Below, piece after piece: positions 13,940-29,185 of a stretch of 64,000 bases of DNA. A model generated the notes under the pieces. That model saw nothing but the letters and a program-made list of their open reading frames with translations. It was not told where the DNA came from and searched no databases. Origin of the DNA: Octopus vulgaris (taxonomy: Eukaryota). The position numbers and the translations under genes are program-made. Where the stretch lies: NCBI GenBank assembly GCA_951406725.2, contig OX597819.1, positions 135,346,001-135,410,000 of the forward strand, given 5' to 3'. The stretch's first letter is position 1, and each line of letters starts with the position of its first letter.

Positions 13940-16900
13940 TTTTTCTTCTTTCTTTCCCGTCTGTCTTGATAGACAATGGGTCGCGCCAAGGGTGGGGCCT
14001 ACTTTGATGATGAACAGCGTCTGCTGTGACTGAACAGTCCAATTCTAGAGTGGCAGTCCCTGGTACAGTTGCTGCACACGAACATCGATGGGTACGTGTG
14101 GGGTGTTGCTGCAGTTTTCCTCCTCCTGTCCTGCCTGTCCGACCACAGCTGTGCTCTCCTTTCCCCAGCCATGGAAACGCCTTTCCTCACTGTCCGACGC
14201 CAGGCAGAGCGGTCAGCAGCTGTTACCTCCCACGTGTCCACACAGATGTTGGCAGTCCTCAGGTCGCGCTTGCACACATCCCTGTATCGTAGCTGTGGAC
14301 GTCCCTTGGGTCGGGATCCCGTGGTGAGTTCGCTGTACAGGATGTCTTTAGACATGCGACCGTCCTGCATGCGGCAGACGTGTCCGAGCCAGCGCAGTCG
14401 TCTCCGCACGAGGAGGGCATGCATGCTTGGCATATTAGTCTGTTCTAGGATGACTCCGTTTGGTACTCGGTCCTTCCAGGAGATGCCAAGGATCCGTCGA
14501 AGACACCGCATGTGGAAGCCGCTGAAGCGGCATTCTTGCCGGGTGTATGTTGTCCAGCTCTCGCTGCCGTAGAGTAGGGTGCTCAGCACGCAGGCTCGGT
14601 ACACTGCGATCTTGGTGGTTATTGTGAGCATGTTGTTTTCCCACACTCTCCTGGAGAGCTTAGCCATGGAAGCAGCAGCCTTCCCAATCCGTCTGTTCAG
14701 CTCCGGCTAGAGAGACAGGCTGCTGGAGACCGTCGATCCCAGGTAAGTGAACTCGTTCACCACCTGCAAGCTGTGGTCGCCGACACTGATGTTGGGGACC
14801 CCTCCGACGTCCTGGCCCATGATCTCTGTCTTTTTCAGGCCGATGGTAAGGCCGAACTCTTGGCAGGCATCCGCCAGGGAGCTGACCAGCCTCTGGAGAC
14901 CCGGCTGGTTGTGTGATGTTAGGGCAGCATCGTGAGCAAAGAGGATCTCTCTGAACAGCACCTGACGGACTTTGGTCTTAGCTCTGAGGCGCGCAAGATT
15001 GAACAATCCACCATCAGCCCTGGTGTGGAGGAACACTCCGTCGTCGGACGTTCTGAAGGCATAGGACAGGACAAAGGAGAAGAAAATTCCGAAGAGCGTC
15101 GGCGCCAGAACGCAACCCTGTTTCACTCCACTCTGGATGGGGAACGACTCCGAGGACGATCCGTCAAACTGCACTGTTCCCTGCATACCGTCGTGAAAGG
15201 AAGTGATGAGTTTCAGCAGTCTGAGAGGGCAACCTATCCTACCCAGGAGCGCAAACAGCCCCTCCCTGCTGACTGAGTCGAACGCCTTAGCCAGGTTGAT
15301 GAAGGCCACGTATAGGGGCTGTCTCTGTTCTCGACTCTTTTCTTGAAGCTGCCTGAGTGAGAAGATCATGTCGATTGTAGATCTCCCTGCCCTAAAGCCA
15401 GACTGAGACTCGGGGTACACACGCTCTGCAAGCATTTGCAACCTCTTCAGGACCACCCTGGCAAATGCCTTACAGACAGTGCTGAGCAGTGATATGCCCC
15501 TGTAATTATTACAGTCGCTTCTGTCCCCTTTGTTTTTATACAGTGTGATGATGTTTGCGTCACGCATATCCTTAGGGACAGAGCCCTCCTCCCAGCACTG
15601 ACAGAGCAGCTCGTGGAGATGGCCCAGAAGGGCTGGCTTCCCGCACTGGATGACTTCTGCGGGGATGCCGTCTTGCCCTGGTGCCTTGCCCCGAGCGAGT
15701 GAGTCAATTGCTTTGCTCAGTTCTTCCTTTGTTGGAGGCAGGTCAAGCTCCTCCATGACAGGCAGAGCAGGAATGCCGGCGAGGGCAGACCTGATGACCA
15801 CATTCTCAGTGGAGTAGAGGTTCTGGTAATGCTCGACCCACCTCTCCATCTGCTTCGCTTGGTCCCTGATGACCTCGCCATCCCTGGACTTCAGTGGAGC
15901 AACCTTGCTGACAGTGGGCCCGAATGCTTTCTTCATCCCCTCGTACATCCCTTTCACGTTACCACTGTCAGCACAGCACTGGATGTTCTGGCATAAGTTC
16001 TGCCAGTAGATGTTGGCGCAACGTCTGGCCGTCCTCTGGGCGTCGCTTCTGGCTGTTCTCAGAGTAGCCAGGTTCTTTTCTGATGGGTCGCGCTTATAGT
16101 TGACCAGTGCTTCCCTCTTGGCAGCAATGACAGGCTCCATCTCAGGCAGGTGAGCTTCAAACCAGTCTTGATTTCTCCGCTCCCTCTTTCCTAGGGATGA
16201 CATGGCTATTCTGCAAGTGGTGTCGCGAATAAGCTGCCATCTCTCCTCGATGGACGTGGCTGCGTGTTCTTTAAGGGCCTCCTCCATGCAGTTGGTGAAT
16301 TCCGAGCGGAGGTCGGGGTTGGTTGTCCTGGCGGTGTTGATGCGTGGGCGGATTTTCCCTACGGGACGGCGGATTTTCTTTGGGGCCAATCGGACCCTGC
16401 TGCACACCAGAGAGTGGTCTGTATCACAGTCAGCACCATGGTAGCTGCGTGTGAGAAGCACACTGCCGAGGTGGGCTCGCCGGGTGATGACCATGTCCAG
16501 TTGGTGCCAGTGTCCGGACCTTGGGTGCCTCCATGAGACCTGGTGTTGTGGCTTAGTCATGAAGAATGTGTTGGTAACGCAGAGTTTCCGGTAAGAGAAA
16601 AGCTCCAACAGTCTCTGGCCATTCTCATTCATCTTCCCCACGCCAAAGCGTCCAAGGCAATCTGACCATGCCTCATGATCGGATCCCACCCTTGCGTTGA
16701 AGTCGCCCAGAAGAAAGATGGGCCCCGACCCTGGTATCTAGCTGATGGTGGCGTCGAGCTCCTCATAGAACCGGTCTTTTATTTCCTGAGGAGAGTGGAG
16801 TGTTGGGGCATAAGCACTAATTATGTTTACCTTCCCCGTTGATGTTGCAAGGCCAAGAGTGAGGATGCGCTCTGAGCCATTTGAAGGAGGGATCGCCATG

Positions 16901-18060
16901 GGGAGCAAGCTGTTCCTCACGGCAAACCCCACGCCATGCTGGCGGGCCTCCTCGACGGGTCTCCTCGACGGGTCTCCTCGACGGGTCTCCTCGACGGATC
17001 TCCCCTGCCAGTAGAAGGTGTAGTCCTTCTCCCGTAGCATGCCGTCTGCGGCGAGCCTGGTCTCTTGCAGCGCCGCTATGTCGATGTTCAGCCTTTTCAA
17101 TTCGGTGTTGATGACTGCTGTCTTCCTACTGTCGTTCATCTGTCGCAGATCGTCAATGATGCCAGGGCACATGGTCCTGACATCCCAGGTGGCCAGTCGC
17201 AAGACTGGTGACTGGATATTTGTTTTTCCTTTGTTTGCTGGTGCAGGGTTTTCAGTCTGCTTTTCAGATTTTGTCCTAGCTCCAAGCACCCATTGAAGCG
17301 GGCAGTCTGTGGCGGGTCAGCACCATTATTGGCCGGGGGCTGCCCAGCTTAAGGCGGGCGGTAGCTGACCAGTGGGACTTCAATGATCCCTCCCACCGTA
17401 GCACCCGGGATTACGCCAATTCACCCGGGCTTAAAACTCGTAACTGCCATCTCAGCTTGTTCCATCGATGAAGTAGTTTCTCCATGGCGCAAGCCTGGAC
17501 GGTAGGAACGAAGACACTGGGCTGCCCAGACACCAGAATCTCCCTCTCGGACCCCCCAGACATAATCCAAAGGAATGCAGTGCAGTACGTTTGGAGTCTG
17601 GTTGGCTGCAGGAGTTGCCGGAAAAGGGTCAAGATTCGACACCCTACCGCCTTCGGGGCTCCACTCCGGATTTTCTGTCTGGGTTTACTCCCATAGCCTT
17701 TCCCCCTCCCAAGAGCATCCGCAAGGCAGCGGAGCGAGGGTTTGGAGTCAGAGTTTTCCTTCTCCTAGACTGGCTGCCAACCAAGGCTAACGAGCCCAGT
17801 CTGCCCACCTGGTTATACCGCCAAGCACCTGGTCGCGCCACACAGCAGGCTCAGTGAGAACAAGGGTACCGCGTGAAGGTGCTGCTGTGGATACAGTAGT
17901 GCAGGAGAGGCCATAAGCAAGAACTTTCCACAAGGCGCAGCCAAGTAGAAGTTCTGCAGCGATCATTACACCTGGAGAGGAGAGGCTATGAGAGACGCAA
18001 TCACTTTCCTTTGCCCCCCATCACTTTCCTTTTCCCCCCTCACTTTCCTTTGCCCCCCAT
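13940..18060 (-). mobile_element. Near-full-length RTE-clade LINE (APE endonuclease + reverse transcriptase)
   Basis: GC-rich island with 5'UTR motif GGCAGCCAGTCTAGGAGAAGGAAAACTCTGA, ORF 17289 to 13999, and a short 3'UTR CCATTGTCTATCAAGACAGACGG followed by a GAA-rich tail. Confidence 0.95.
13999..17289 (-). pseudogene. RTE EN-RT ORF broken by two in-frame TAG stops (16738, 14707)
   Basis: Three collinear same-frame ORFs with AALQETR, SAYAPT, LLGDFNARVG, NYRGISLLS, GVKQGCVLAPTLF and YLGS. Catalytic motifs are altered (FINL for FIDL; FAHD for FADD). Confidence 0.92.
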
Positions 18061-18088
18061 CTATATATATGTATACATATATATATAC

Positions 18089-18143
<55 letters not shown>

Positions 18144-18174
18144 AAGATATTTGTATGGGTGTATGCATATATAC

Positions 18175-18233
<59 letters not shown>

Positions 18234-18489
18234 TATGTATACATACATGCATATAAATATACATATATATATATGTATGTATTCTGTCAGCCCGTCACCT
18301 TAATTATGATTATGACTAATTTAGGCAAATACAGGATTCTGTTTCAGCACAAACATTGTAATTATCTCTTTAATTACTTCGAATTAGCAGTAATTATTTG
18401 ATTTTATGTTTAGTTTCAAACTTCATAAATGAGATTATTATTTATATGTGTAGAAGCTTTCTTAGCCTATTATTTCTCATATCTTCTCA

Positions 18490-20285
18490 ACATGAACTAT
18501 AGAGGAGGTATTGTTGTGAGTCTGTAGGTTTGTGGTAGATGTCTGTTATGATGTGGTAGATGTCTGTTATAACAGACATCTACCACAAACCTACAGACTC
18601 ACAACAATACCTCCTCTTTAGTTCATGCCACCCAAAACACACCAAGACAAATATCCCTTTCAATTTAGCTAAAAGGGTATGCACCATTGTCTCGGATCCA
18701 AAAACACGAGAAATACGCCTTCAAGACCTCAAAAAAACACTATTACAACGTCAATATCCCTCCACCCTTATAGAGTATGGAATAAAACGCGCCGAAGAAC
18801 TAGACAACACTACACTGAAAACCACCCAACCTAACACCACACACAACCTCAAAATACTTCCATACATTTCCACCCACAACCCCAAAAATATCGAAGCATA
18901 CACCACAATCATACAAAACCTCAGTCTACTGTCAACAGACCCAAAAATGAAAAACATTATAAATACACACAAAATCCTCAAATGTAAAAGGCAACACAAA
19001 TCTTTAAAAACTCTTGACAAATGCCAAACTTCACACACCACATCCACCCCCAACAGTAAAAAAATGTGCACGCTCAAACTGTGGTACCTGCCCCTTTCTA
19101 CTTGAAGGCTCTGAATTTACCTTCAAACAAGGTACGAAGTTTAAAATCAAGACTAACTTCTCCTGTTCCTCCGAGAACCTTATCTACGTTCTCACATGCG
19201 CTGGTTGCCAACATAATTATGTTGGACAAACGAGTCTCCCGTTACGTAAACGAGTAACGGTGCATAAAGAACAAATAAATCTCCCAGAATACCGACAAAT
19301 TCCACTGAGTGACCACTTAGACTCATGTGCTAAAGACTTAAACCCCAAATTCTATATATTCCCCTTCTACCAATGTAAAGACGGGATCACCACACAGGAG
19401 AGAATTAACAAGGAGAATCTCTTTATTGAAAAATTCCAAACACAACTTAATATGCAAACTCCTCGTTGATCAAACTTCCTTTCTCTACCTCACTCTTCAT
19501 GGATGGACTAACACAAATATATAAAGATACCATGCATTCATCACTTCAAGCTAAAACTTATATTCTTTAAATATCATTTTTACTATTGTTGTTATTACTA
19601 TCATTTTTATTATAAATGATATGACAATTTGAAATGCAATTGTCTATGCAGATTTATATAATTAGAAAATAATATAAATAAAGTGTTAAAATCTGAAAGT
19701 TAAGATAACAAGCAATTATATAAAAAAGATAACGCAAATGAAGCTAAAATGATAATTTTATAATTTGGGTTTTACCAACAGCCCGTATTGAAGAACTCAA
19801 AAGAGTTGTCTCCCCTTACTCACAACACAGGAACTGAAGAACCACAATTACTACTACTTCCTGTCCTGCCAACATGCTGAATTAAACCACACAACACATG
19901 CTCTTAATCCCTTTGGATCTTAATACCACAAGGTAATTTTTTCGTGAACAATCATAAAACTCAAGATACACAACGAACTCACAATGTATCGGAGAACTTA
20001 TTTTTAAATTTTTGTACATTTTTATCATTATTCTTTTGCAAAAAACAATGCAATTTTCTTTTTTTCCCCTTTCTAATTTTTAAAAAAACTTATTAAAACA
20101 TAAATATTCTTGACAAGTCATACAATGACGAAAACCGGTTTAATAAATATATATTTATATATTTTATCAATTTCTCATTTTATTAAAATTTTCTTTCATT
20201 TGAGCATTCTGCATTTTTAAAAAAATTTTTCCTTACTTATCATTTCTCCACGTGCGGTCAACACAACCCCACCATTTATTGATCT
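18490..20285 (+). mobile_element. 5'-truncated Penelope-like element (probably Neptune-type): RT C-terminus + GIY-YIG endonuclease + 3' region
   Basis: TDIYHKPTDSQQYLLFSSCHPKHTK, Cys linker CARSNCGTCP, and NLIYVLTCAGCQHNYVGQT..LRKRVTVH. Frameshift near 19015. Confidence 0.9.
20104..20148 (+). ncRNA. Non-canonical minimal hammerhead-like motif in the Penelope 3' region
   Basis: TTGACAA-gtcat(aca)atgac-GAAA-accggtt-TA. Stem II is perfect and stem III palindromic, but the core is variant and stem I weak. Confidence 0.45.
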
Positions 20286-20331
20286 ATATATATATATATA
20301 CATATATAGAGGGAGAGAGAGAGAGAGAGCG

Positions 20332-20386
<55 letters not shown>

Positions 20387-20517
20387 CATGCGTTAGTGTG
20401 TGCTAAAATATTGGTTCGTTTCTTTTTAAATAAATAACATTGTATTTCTGTGATACAAAATTTGTCCACCCATCCTTTGCTTAACAACCACTTGCTTGAG
20501 TTTACAGGCAAACACAT

Positions 20518-20614
<97 letters not shown>

Positions 20615-21214
20615 CTAATACTCAGTGCAGATGGCATCCGTTTGATAGCAGTTCGTGGAATTTTAAATTTCGCATTTTGTTTTTCCCTCTTAAGTGCTTA
20701 CACTCCAAATTTGACCAACTGGTGGATGCTGATAACTATTCCATCGACAAGTTCTGGCCATTTGAAGTGTTTTGTTTTTCTAAACAATTGTTTTCAAGTA
20801 TTTTTATATTTTTCAGTATAAAACTGAATACATCCACCCCACCCCCGTCACTACCATTATAGTTGTCATCACTATCATCAACATCATCGTGTCATTACAT
20901 GAATTATTAATTATTATTAATATTGGCCGTTCATTAAAAATTTTCCAGTATTGTGCAAATTTTATTCTAGTTAATATATATTTCAATTGTTAAAAGGCAA
21001 ATTTACAGCAGTTACAGCGTGGTGAGAATTCTCTCTTCACGTAAAAGTATATAAAAACGCCATTTCTGTCCAGTGCCAGGATCACAGACGTTGATGTTTC
21101 TAGCACTTTCGCTGTTGAGATGGCGGCACTGGACACATATGTTGTTTTTATACCTTTTCACCTTGTTGTTCAGCAGTGGAAATATATCAGAAACATATTT
21201 CAACTAACCTAGAT

Positions 21215-21285
<71 letters not shown>

Positions 21286-21297
21286 AACATATATGTG

Positions 21298-21338
<41 letters not shown>

Positions 21339-21339
<1 letters not shown>

Positions 21340-21520
21340 TGCCAGGGAAAAGTACCACTGATGCTATATTCATGGTAAGGCAGCTGCAGGAGAAATACCT
21401 AGCCAAAGATAAGCCCCTGTACGTGGCTTTTGTTGACATGGAGAAAGCTTTCGATACTGTCCCCCGATCCCTTATCTGGTGGTCAATGAGGAAACTAAGG
21501 ATAGATGAATGGTTAGTCGT
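21339..21520 (+). mobile_element. RT fragment of a second RTE-type LINE (copies at ~10065-10232 and 23865-24045)
   Basis: PGKSTTDAIFMVRQLQEKYLAKDKPLYVAFVDMEKAFDTVPRSLIWWSMRKL. Confidence 0.88.
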
Positions 21521-22355
21521 GACTAGTCGACCATTACTTTGTGTTTTTGTGTTTCATTTATTTTCCTAGGTAGTCGTTGTATGATCGAATAATCACGACT
21601 ATCTAGCGCGGTTGCGCGAGTAAACGAGGGTGCGCACCAGGACCACTCTTCTTAAGTGAATGGTATCCAGTTTCCACAGTGGGGAAAATCCACACTTGTT
21701 AAAACATATACACAAAACCCTACCATTTCAGGCTGATTTAACAGAAACCCTACTCTGTGTTACCTCCATCTCTGTCCCCTAGAAAGCGGCCACGCCCTTG
21801 TAAGTATCATAACGAAAAACAAAAACATTAATTTCCTGATCTCATAATTGGATCACGCACATTTACGATAATTAATATCGTATCATTAATTTATAGACAT
21901 ACAGACAGAGTTTAAGATTAAAGGATGTTCATTCAAGCGTTAAATGGCCCCAAATGACTTTAAAATGCCTTACCTCAGTTTAGTTTGAAACAGTATCTAT
22001 ATATCCGGGGTCCCAATTAATTTCAAATTTTCTTTTGCCTGATTTAAGTTCGATGGCAAGTAAGCGGAGATAACTCTCGAAATATAGGCGGGGTTGAGGT
22101 ATGTGTTAAGTAGCATGCGTACCAAGCACATGGTTCCGGGTTCAGTCCCACTGCGTGGCAACTTGGGCGAGTGTCTTCTTCTATGGCCTCCCCCCGAACA
22201 AAGCCGTGTGAGTGGACTACCAACAGTTAGAAGGAAACTTCTAATGAATCAGGAAGTAGTAGGCACGACCTCCTCATGTATATGTGTGTCTGTATGTGTC
22301 TATATATGTATAAATATATATATATATATATATATGCATATATATATATATAAGC

Positions 22356-22423
<68 letters not shown>

Positions 22424-22650
22424 TCTGTCAGCCTGCCACCTTAATTATGATGATGAATAATTATGGCAAATACAGGATTCTGTTTCTGCACAAACATTGT
22501 AATTATCTCTTTAATTACTTCCAAACAGAAATTATCTTTAATTACTAACCAAACACAGAAATAGCAGCTTGACAATCCCGTATATGCATAATGCATATAT
22601 AGTTTTATTCATGTGTGTCTATCATTCTATATATCAATATTTCAAAATGC

Positions 22651-22719
<69 letters not shown>

Positions 22720-22821
22720 CATATATATATATATATACATACATATATACATATATACATATATACATATATATATACATATATACATACATATATACAT
22801 GAATAGAGAGAGATTGATAGC

Positions 22822-22909
<88 letters not shown>

Positions 22910-23666
22910 CATGCGTTAGTGTGTGCTAAAATATTGGTTCGTTTCTTGTTAAATAAATAACATTGTATTTCTGAGATACAAAGTTTATCCACCTATCCTT
23001 TGCTTAACAACCACTTGAGTTTACAGGCAAAGACATCATGTGTGTGTGTGTGTCTGTGTGTTTCTAATACTCAGTGCAGATGGCATCCGTTTGATAGCAG
23101 TTCGTGGAATTTTAAATTTCGCATTTTGTTTTTCCCTCTTAAGTGCTGACACTCCAAATTTGACCAACTGGTGGATGCTGATAACTATTCCATCGACAAA
23201 TTCTGGCCATCTGAAGTGTTTTGTTCTTCTAAACAATTGATTTCAAGTATTTTTATACTTTTCAGTATAAAACTGAATACATCCACCCCACCCCCGTCAC
23301 TACCATTATAGTTGTCATCACTATCATCAACATCATCGTGTCATTACATGAATTATTAATTATTATTAATATTGGCCGTTCATTAAAGATTTTCCAGTAT
23401 TATGCAAATTTTATTCTAGTTAATATATATTTCAATTGTTAAAAGGCAAATTTACAGCAGTTACAGCGTGGTGAGAATTCTCTCTTCACTTAAAAGTATA
23501 TAAAAACGCCATTTCTGTCCAGTGCCAGGATCACAGACGTTGATGTTTCTAGCACCTTCGCTGTTGAGATGGCGGCACTGAACACATATGTTGTTTTTAT
23601 ACCTTTTCAACTTGTCGTTCAGCAGTGAAAATATATCAGAAACATATTTCAACTAACCAAGATACA

Positions 23667-23713
<47 letters not shown>

Positions 23714-23833
23714 CATAAATATATATATATTAAAATTAAAATGGCGGTGCCCCAGCATGGCCACAGCTCGTGAGCTGAAACAAGAATCAATCAATCAATC
23801 ATATATATATGCGTGTGTGTGTATGTGTGTGTG

Positions 23834-23864
<31 letters not shown>

Positions 23865-24604
23865 TCGAGCCAGGGAAAAGTACCACTGATGCTATATTCA
23901 TGGTAAGGCAGCTGCAGGAGAAATTCCTAGCCAAAGATAAGCCCCTGTACGTGGCTTTTGTTGACATGGAGAAAGCCTGCGACAGGGTCCCCCGATCCAT
24001 TTATTGTGGTCAATGAGGAGACTAAGGTAGATGTATGGTTAATCGTGACTAGTAGATCCTTACTTTGTGTTTTTGTGTTTCATTTACTTTGCTAGGTAGT
24101 CGTTGTAGGATCGACTAGTGACGACCAGCTAGCGCGTTTGCGCGAGTAAACGAGGGTGCGCACCAGGACCACTCTTCTTAAATAAATGGTATCCAGATTC
24201 CACAGCGCAAAAATCCACCCTTGTTAAAACATATACACAAAACCCTACCATTTCAGGCTGACTTAACAGAGATCCTACTCTGTGTTACCTCCATGTCTGT
24301 CCCCTACAAAGCGGCCACGCCCTTGTAAGTTTCATAACGAAAAACAAAAACATTAATTTCCTGATCTCATAATTGGATCACGCACATTTACGATAATTAA
24401 TATCGTATCATTAATTTATAGACATACAGACAGATTTTAAGATTAAAGGATGTCCATTCAAGCGTTAAATGGCCCCAAATTCAGCATCCGCTTTGTTCAA
24501 ACGACGATGAAAATGTGATACTACCAACAGTTAAAAGGAAACTTCTAATGGATCAGGAAGTAATAGGCCCGACCTCCTCATGTATATGTGTCTCTGTATG
24601 TGTC

Positions 24605-24694
<90 letters not shown>

Positions 24695-24887
24695 TACATA
24701 TATACATATATATATATACACATATATATATTTATATATTTCATATATATATATATATATATGTAGCAATAATAAGTCTCTGAACAATGGCTAGTATACT
24801 TTACGTTTTATATAGAGATTTATAAATATCTCTATATATCTCTCTCTATATATATACATTTATATACATATATATATATATATATAT

Positions 24888-24918
<31 letters not shown>

Positions 24919-25005
24919 TATTTGTATGGGTGTATGCATATATATATATATATATATATATACATACAGACATATATATATATATATATATATATACATA
25001 CAGAC

Positions 25006-25063
<58 letters not shown>

Positions 25064-25659
25064 TTATACATACATACATACATACAGATACGTACATATA
25101 TATATATATGTATGTATTTTGTCAGCCCACCACCTTAATTATGATGATGAAGATGATGATGATGATGATGATGACGATGACGATGATGATGTTGACGATG
25201 ACGACAATGTCAACGGCAAAAAAGTAGTAAGAAGAATCTTGTTGATAAGAGTCAGATTGATTATATTAAAGAAGTGTTTGTTGTTGCTTGTAGATGCTAA
25301 AATATTTTGTTACAAATAGTCACACGGGTTTATATCTTTCAATATATTATATTTTCTTTTTTTTAAAAGAGGTACATATCTTTGTTATGGAGGCTGAAAA
25401 TGTTCAGAGTGATTTGTTAAAATCTTTGTATTCTTCTTCAAATGAAATGGATATAAAATAATTTTCTTTCATTTCGAATTACTAATATTTACATTCTTTG
25501 TTTAGAATGCATCTTTCCCAATGTAATTCCTCCCTCCCCCTCATTCTCTCCTTCTCTCTTCCCGCTCATTCGCTCTTTCTCTGAGGACTTCACACTCTAT
25601 AATGATTCTCTCATATACATACATACACACACGCATACATACATATATATATATATAAA

Positions 25660-25826
25660 TACGACAGGCTTTTTTCAGTTTCCGTCAACCAAATCCACTC
25701 ACAAGGCATTGGTCGGCCCGGGGCTATAGCAGAAGACACTTGCGCAAGATGCCACGCAGTGGGACTGAACACGGGGCCATGTGGTTGGTTAGCAAGCTAC
25801 TTACCACACAGCCACTCCTGCGCCTA
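25660..25826 (-). mobile_element. tRNA-derived SINE 5' half
   Basis: Reverse complement of GGCGCAGGAGTGGCTGTGTGGTAAGTAGCTTG...; same family as 36436 and 40097. Confidence 0.9.
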
Positions 25827-25828
25827 TG

Positions 25829-25924
<96 letters not shown>

Positions 25925-25939
25925 TTATTATATAGAAGG

Positions 25940-25990
25940 AGCTTCTACAGGACTAGTACTGTTTCATTCAAGAGAAATCTTCAGGAAGCT
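25940..25990 (-). ncRNA. Type I hammerhead ribozyme motif (left arm copy)
   Basis: Exact reverse complement of 30665-30715. Confidence 0.7.
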
Positions 25991-26375
25991 ATTTAACAAG
26001 AATTGTATTAGCATTTATACATTTAGAGGAGTGGTGGTGGGGGACTTTTTGGGGGTAGGCATAGCGCAAAATATCATACTTGGGGGAGTGGTCAAGGTAA
26101 TAAAAAAATAAAAAAATAAAAAATAAAAAAATAAAAGGATAAAATAAAAGAATAAAAATAAAAAATATAAAAAATATAAAAAATATAAAAAATATAAAAA
26201 ATATATATAAAAAAATATATAAAAAAATATATATATAAAATATATATATAAAATATATATATAAAAAAAGGGGGGATAGAGTTATAGGTAAATAAGGAGA
26301 TTCTCACTTATACCTATACACACATGTATACGTATCTACACACACATACGCACATACACATATATCTACACACAC

Positions 26376-26425
<50 letters not shown>

Positions 26426-26882
26426 CCTACACATACACACATACATACATACAAATATACATATACATATATATATATACAATCCAATACAGGCCCATTC
26501 CCTAATTTTAATTTTATTATCTTCATTTATTACTTTTGTTATCTTTGATCGCTAGGGCTAAGAATCCTGGCAATAGCTGCTTGTCCGTTTGTCTGTCTAC
26601 TAGAAGGCAAGTACTCATTCCCGCACGCACACTCATTAGCACGTACATTCACCCATTCGTACACTCATACACATACACGTACGCACGCGTTATATTCATA
26701 CATACAAACATCTACATACGTTCACGTATATACACATACGTACTCGTACCTACAGATTCGTGTCTACACTTTAGGAGGCTAGTCTATACATATACACCAA
26801 TAAATATACATATATATATATATATATATATACCCGCATATACATACACACACACACATATATACTCCTACATACAGATACA

Positions 26883-26945
<63 letters not shown>

Positions 26946-27139
26946 CATATATACACATACCTACACATACACACATACACATACACACACATACATACAC
27001 ATATATATACATACACAAACATATATACACACACATATATATACATACACACATACACACATACATACGTATACATACATACATACATCTATACATCCAT
27101 ACTTACATGCATTTATACGCATACACACACCCATCTATA

Positions 27140-27176
<37 letters not shown>

Positions 27177-27455
27177 TCACACATACATATACAAATCTAC
27201 GCACACACATACATACATACACGTATACGCATACACGCACATACACATATACATGCGTACCCATACACGTGCACACACGCACGCGCATCCATATAAATAC
27301 ACACACACACATATATATATACACGTGTGCAAGCATACATACATACTCATACGCGCACACATACTTACAAATACATATATGCACACACTTACACACATAT
27401 ATATACATACACATATACATGCATACATACATATATGCATACATACACACACGCA

Positions 27456-27515
<60 letters not shown>

Positions 27516-27812
27516 TATACATACATAGACATACATACACATACATACACATACACATACGTACACACACATATACACATATATATATACATATATATAT
27601 ATATACACATACACGCATACATATATACACATATACATACATATACATACACACACACATACATATATACATATACACTGATACACATACCCATACATAC
27701 ACATGCATATACTTATATTACTACATACTCACATATATAGACATATATACATATACACACATACATATATACATGTACATACACATACGCATGCATATAT
27801 ATATATATATAC

Positions 27813-27859
<47 letters not shown>

Positions 27860-28465
27860 TACACACACACACACACATACATATACACATATACATGTAT
27901 ACATACGCAAAAATGATACGCATATATACACATACACACACACAGACAGATGCATATACATACATATATATATATATAAACTACATATCTATATAAATAC
28001 AAACATAATACACATATACACACACATATATATACATTCATGCATATATATATATAATGTATATATATATGTGTATATATATGTATATATATATGTATGT
28101 GCTTGTATGTGTGTAAAATATATGTGTATATGTGTTTGTATGTATATGTGTATATATGTATATGCATATGTATGTGTAAATGTATGTGCTTATGTATGTG
28201 TATGTATGTATAAAATATTATATAATTAGGGCTTAGGAAAATAAAATAAATTACTTTGCCACATACTAAACTTTCTAGAAATAGCAGCCAATAAAGTTTT
28301 TAGCCTCTTCCACTACTTAGAGAATTTTTTTCCCTCTAACATTGTTTACTCAAAATAATAATGGTCCCTTTACATACTGAACACTTGATGAAATTGATTA
28401 ATAACTAATTAACTTTACCCTCCCTTGTTGATATATATATACATATGTATATGTGTACATGTATG

Positions 28466-28504
<39 letters not shown>

Positions 28505-29127
28505 ATGTGTGTATGTATGTATTTGTATATGTGTGTGTGTATATGTATGTGTGCGCGTGTGTGTGTATGTTTGTGTATGTATACTTGTATATGTATATGC
28601 ATGAATGTATATATATGTGTGTGTATATGTGTATTATGTTTGTATTTATATAGATATGTAGTTTATATATATATATATGTATGTATATGCATCTGTCTGT
28701 GTGTGTGTATGTGTATATATGCGTATCATTTTTGCGTATGTATACATGTATATGTGTATATGTATGTGTGTGTGTGTGTGTACGTATGTATATATATATA
28801 TATATATATATGTGTATATATATGTGTGTTATATATATATATATATGCATGCGTATGTGTATGTACATGTATATATGTATGTGTGTATATGTATATATGT
28901 CTATATATGTGAGTATGTAGTAATATAAGTATATGCATGTGTATGTATGGGTATGTGTATCAGTGTATATGTATATATGTATGTGTGTGTGTATGTATAT
29001 GTATGTATATGTGTATATATGTATGCGTGTATGTGTATATATATATATATGTATATATATATATGTGTATATGTGTGTGTACGTATGTGTATGTGTATGT
29101 ATGTGTATGTATGTCTATGTATGTATA

Positions 29128-29185
<58 letters not shown>

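Noticed and set aside
14707-16740. Both RTE stops are TAG and could in principle be rescued by A-to-I editing to Trp
   Set aside because: The RT catalytic aspartates are also mutated (FINL, FAHD), so ordinary decay is the simpler explanation.
17290-18000. HDV-like ribozyme in the RTE 5'UTR
   Set aside because: Such ribozymes are known in some RTEs, but I could identify only a hairpin (AGACTGG/CCAGTCT), not the nested double pseudoknot. A descriptor search is needed.
28275-28290. CTAGAAATAGC resembles the engineered sgRNA scaffold
   Set aside because: Short chance match in eukaryotic repeat DNA; no repeat-spacer array or cas gene in the window.
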